Position numbers and translations under genes: made by a program. A stretch of 47,434 nucleotides of DNA from positions 1-47,434 of IMG/VR virus record IMGVR_UViG_3300027874_000016, one strand, 5' to 3'. Source of the stretch: a virus. Taxonomy: Duplodnaviria > Caudoviricetes. The notes beneath the pieces are model-generated. The model searched no databases. It saw only the letters and a list, made by a program, of their open reading frames with translations, and was not told where the DNA came from. Position 1 is the stretch's first letter; each line of letters begins with the position of its first letter. Shown here one piece after another: positions 44,841 to 47,434 of the stretch.

Positions 44841-45308
44841 CTAGCGGTGCGTGCCGTAGACGTTGCCGTGCTCGTCGAGCCAGGCGCGCTGGCAGCCGTG
44901 GACGGCCACGAAGTCCTGCTGCTCCCCCCGGAAGGCGACGAACGTGCGGTGCCGCCTGGGGTTGTACTCCACCTGGAAGTGGGGCACCTCGGGCTCGGGG
45001 GTCTGATCCTCGGCCCAGACGCCGTAGGCGTAGGCGTGGACGTTCTTGTGGCCCGTCTTCAAGACCTGCTGGCGCCCGCGCTCGTAGACCTTGAAGGCCA
45101 CGTTGGTGAGCACGGCGGCGTCCGTGTGGCAGACGACGCGCCAGACGTGGCGGTAGCCCCGTGTGGTCTCCTGGCGCACCCGCTGCTGGACGCTCCAGCA
45201 GTCGGCGTGCAGGTTGCGGTAGATCCTGACCGGCTCCCCGGGCAGGGGGACACGGGTGTGGGCGGTCTGGGCGGTCTGGGCGGTGCGGGTGGCGGTCACG
45301 GTGGTCAC
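44841..45308 (-). CDS. Conserved phage hypothetical protein
   Basis: AGGAGG RBS. IYRNLH..CWSV, F.V...GRQ.VL....KNVHA, YNP. Confidence 0.65.
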   Translation of the reverse strand: MTTVTATRTAQTAQTAHTRVPLPGEPVRIYRNLHADCWSVQQRVRQETTRGYRHVWRVVCHTDAAVLTNVAFKVYERGRQQVLKTGHKNVHAYAYGVWAEDQTPEPEVPHFQVEYNPRRHRTFVAFRGEQQDFVAVHGCQRAWLDEHGNVYGTHR

Positions 45309-45351
45309 GGGGCCTCCTGGTAGCGGCCGGTTCTGGCGCTGTGCTGGCGGT

Positions 45352-45630
45352 TCAGCGGCGGGCGTTCAGGGCGTCCGCGACCACGGCGGCGGCGGCCCGG
45401 GGGCCGGAGAACCAGATCCGCGGGCTAGCCCCGTCGATCGCGTAGCGCCACCCGGCGACCAGTTGGTCGTCGGGGGCGTCGTGGGTGTCGGCCGGGTCGT
45501 ACCACAGCAGGACATCGTGGCCGGCGACCAGGGCCAGGTAGTGCTTCTCGCGCCCGGTGTAGCCCAGGGCCTCCAGCACCTGGTCGGTGCTCAGGGGCCC
45601 GGGATCGCCGGGGGGCTCAGAAGGCGCCAT
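45352..45630 (-). CDS. Hypothetical protein
   Basis: GGGAGG RBS, 92 aa. Confidence 0.55.
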   Translation of the reverse strand: MAPSEPPGDPGPLSTDQVLEALGYTGREKHYLALVAGHDVLLWYDPADTHDAPDDQLVAGWRYAIDGASPRIWFSGPRAAAAVVADALNARR

Positions 45631-46234
45631 GCTCGGCCTCCCAGTCGTCGGCCAGGGCCCCGGCCGCGCCCTCCCGCTCGTAGTGCTCCTGGGTCTCCAG
45701 GTTCTCGATCGCCTGGGCCTCGCCGGCGAGCCGGTCGAGGGCGCCCTCGGAGCACGTCCCCATCGTGCGCAGGATCTGCACGACGGCCCGGTGGCGGTGG
45801 TCGCGGTCGCGGAGGGCGGCCTCCGCCCGCTCGGCCCGCTGCCTCCAGGTGATGGCGTCCCGGACGTTGTGGTCGAGGGCGTCCTTCTGGCGGGCGTTGT
45901 CGCGCGTCAGCACCTCGTTGCGCCGGGTCAGCGCCTCGGCCTGGAGCCGGAGGGCGGAGGCCTCCTGGCGGATCTTGTAGCCCAGTTCGATCTCCCGCCG
46001 AAGCTCCTCCCGGAGGTGGCCGCCCTCCTCCTGAAGCTCGCCCGCGGCCGCGGTGGCCTCGTTGGCGCGCTTGACCTGGCCGGCAAGCTCGTTGAGCCGC
46101 CGGTGGGCGGCGTCCAGGGCGTCGGCCAGGCCGGCGCTGTTCCGGCGCTCGGCGGCGAGCTTCACGCCCAGGTCGAAGAGGCGTTGCTCCAACCCGGCGG
46201 TGCGCTCGTCGGCGGACAGCTTCGTGTCGGTCAC
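45617..46234 (-). CDS. Coiled-coil hypothetical protein
   Basis: GAGGAG RBS, heptad-rich sequence. Confidence 0.6.
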   Translation of the reverse strand: MTDTKLSADERTAGLEQRLFDLGVKLAAERRNSAGLADALDAAHRRLNELAGQVKRANEATAAAGELQEEGGHLREELRREIELGYKIRQEASALRLQAEALTRRNEVLTRDNARQKDALDHNVRDAITWRQRAERAEAALRDRDHRHRAVVQILRTMGTCSEGALDRLAGEAQAIENLETQEHYEREGAAGALADDWEAEHGAF

Positions 46235-46277
46235 GGGGGTCTCCTCTGCGGGGGCGGGGGCCGGTCGGCCCCCGCCT

Positions 46278-46293
46278 AGTGTAACAGTCAGCA
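46278..46293 (-). promoter_or_regulatory. Putative extended -10 promoter with TGCTGACTG motif
   Basis: TGCTGACTGTTACACT, intergenic. Confidence 0.4.
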
Positions 46294-46306
46294 GGCGTGC
46301 CTCAGG

Positions 46307-47107
46307 TCAGGCGGCACGCAGCAGCGCGTCCCGGGCCTTCTGGGCCTGGCGCAGGTTGTGGCGCAGGCGGGTCATGCCCCGCTTGCCGTAGTTGAAGGCC
46401 TCGACGGGCCGGCCGTAGCGCAGGGCGATGCGGAGCAGGGCCAGCGTCGGGTTGTCCGGGTGCTCGTTGAGGATGTCCACCGCGCCGGGCAGGGCGAGGA
46501 TCGAGGGGTAGCCGGTGCCCTCCACCTCGCAGGCGGAGACCAGGACGTTCACCGCCTCCCGGGGGACGCGCAGGCCGATGTAGGCCATGTCGTCCGGGGA
46601 GCCGTAGTGGTGGAAGCGGGCCGGGTGCTCCCAGACGAAGGCCTCCGGGTCGTTGATGCCGTACGTCAGGTCGTAGACGCGCTGGGACTTGGGGAAGGCG
46701 CCCCAGGCGTGGAGCACCGGCGCCTTGCGGTTCATGCACACCCCCTCGACGTACTGGGCGTCCCAGGATCCGACCCCCTCCGGCAGGTAGCCGGCCAGGG
46801 CCTTGCGGTCGCGCCAGGCCGCCTCGTAGATGAACTCGGCGGTGTTGCAGAAGCAGGCGCCCGGCGTCCCGCCGGGGATCCCCAGGGGCAGCGTCGCCGG
46901 GACGAACCGCTCCCCGTGGGCCAGGAGGTACTTGGCCAGGGGGACGATCGCCTCCCGGGGGAGGAGGTTGTAGTCGTTGATGGGCCCCTCCCCGGGCTCC
47001 TCGCTCTCGTTGGTGCGGAGGTGGTCTTCCAGCCAGGCCAGGGTCTCGGCCCCGTCCTGGGTGGGGGTGGGCTCGGCGGTGGGCACGGTCGCGGTCTCGG
47101 TCGTCAT
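46307..47107 (-). CDS. Hypothetical protein, possibly transglutaminase/papain-like (C..HAW..D)
   Basis: AGGAG RBS. GACFCN, YVEGV, PVLHAW, VYDLT, YIG. Confidence 0.5.
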   Translation of the reverse strand: MTTETATVPTAEPTPTQDGAETLAWLEDHLRTNESEEPGEGPINDYNLLPREAIVPLAKYLLAHGERFVPATLPLGIPGGTPGACFCNTAEFIYEAAWRDRKALAGYLPEGVGSWDAQYVEGVCMNRKAPVLHAWGAFPKSQRVYDLTYGINDPEAFVWEHPARFHHYGSPDDMAYIGLRVPREAVNVLVSACEVEGTGYPSILALPGAVDILNEHPDNPTLALLRIALRYGRPVEAFNYGKRGMTRLRHNLRQAQKARDALLRAA

Positions 47108-47118
47108 CTCGGGGTCTC

Positions 47119-47400
47119 CTAGCACGTGAGCTTCGGGCGCATCGCGGCGCGCAGGCGGGCCTCATACTCCTGCACCGTGTCCATGTCGTCCAGGCGCCGG
47201 GCCAGGACGGTGATCTCCGCCAGGACGGCGGGCGGGGTGGTGCGCCCCGCCGCGTCGTTGTCCCGGACGATGGTGAGCCGGTGGTTGAGGCGGGCCCGGG
47301 TCTGGCCGGGCGCCTCGCGCCTAGGCGCGGGCACCGTGTTGCTCCCGGGCCCGGGCCGCGCTCTGCTCGCGGAGCGTGACGACGGCCATCGCCTGGCCAA
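47119..47400 (-). CDS. Hypothetical protein, start uncertain
   Basis: The 3' half is coding-like and abuts the next RBS. Confidence 0.35.
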   Translation of the reverse strand: MARRWPSSRSASRARPGPGSNTVPAPRREAPGQTRARLNHRLTIVRDNDAAGRTTPPAVLAEITVLARRLDDMDTVQEYEARLRAAMRPKLTC

Positions 47401-47434
47401 CCAGGTGGCGGCAGTTGGAGCCCCGGCCGAAGTA

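Overview
A very GC-rich, podovirus-like phage or prophage segment. No terminase, portal or integrase is visible in the window. The + strand (1-27.3 kb) carries a virion and lysis arm: two giant low-complexity putative ejection proteins, scaffold, major capsid, Bbp16-like cement, a GT2, nozzle, fibres, a 3xLamG protein, an M23 endolysin and membrane proteins. The - strand (27.2-47.4 kb) carries an early/replication arm: GT4, wHTH, VRR-NUC, two ParB-like proteins, a Rad52/Sak-like annealase, DnaB plus loader, an initiator with internal iterons, XRE and SWIM proteins. The main finding is a TIGR-Tas-like RNA-guided system. A nuclease-less Nop/IS110-related protein (30929-32269) is followed by a ~2.5 kb array of ~70 36-nt dual-repeat/dual-spacer units (28369-30895). 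A second, orphan 9-unit array with the same repeats lies at 41410-41736, upstream of the replication initiator. Beside that array is a candidate ~80-nt small RNA with its own promoter and terminator and an anti-Shine-Dalgarno seed complementary to the RBSs of several early genes. All calls come from reading motifs by eye; no searches were run.
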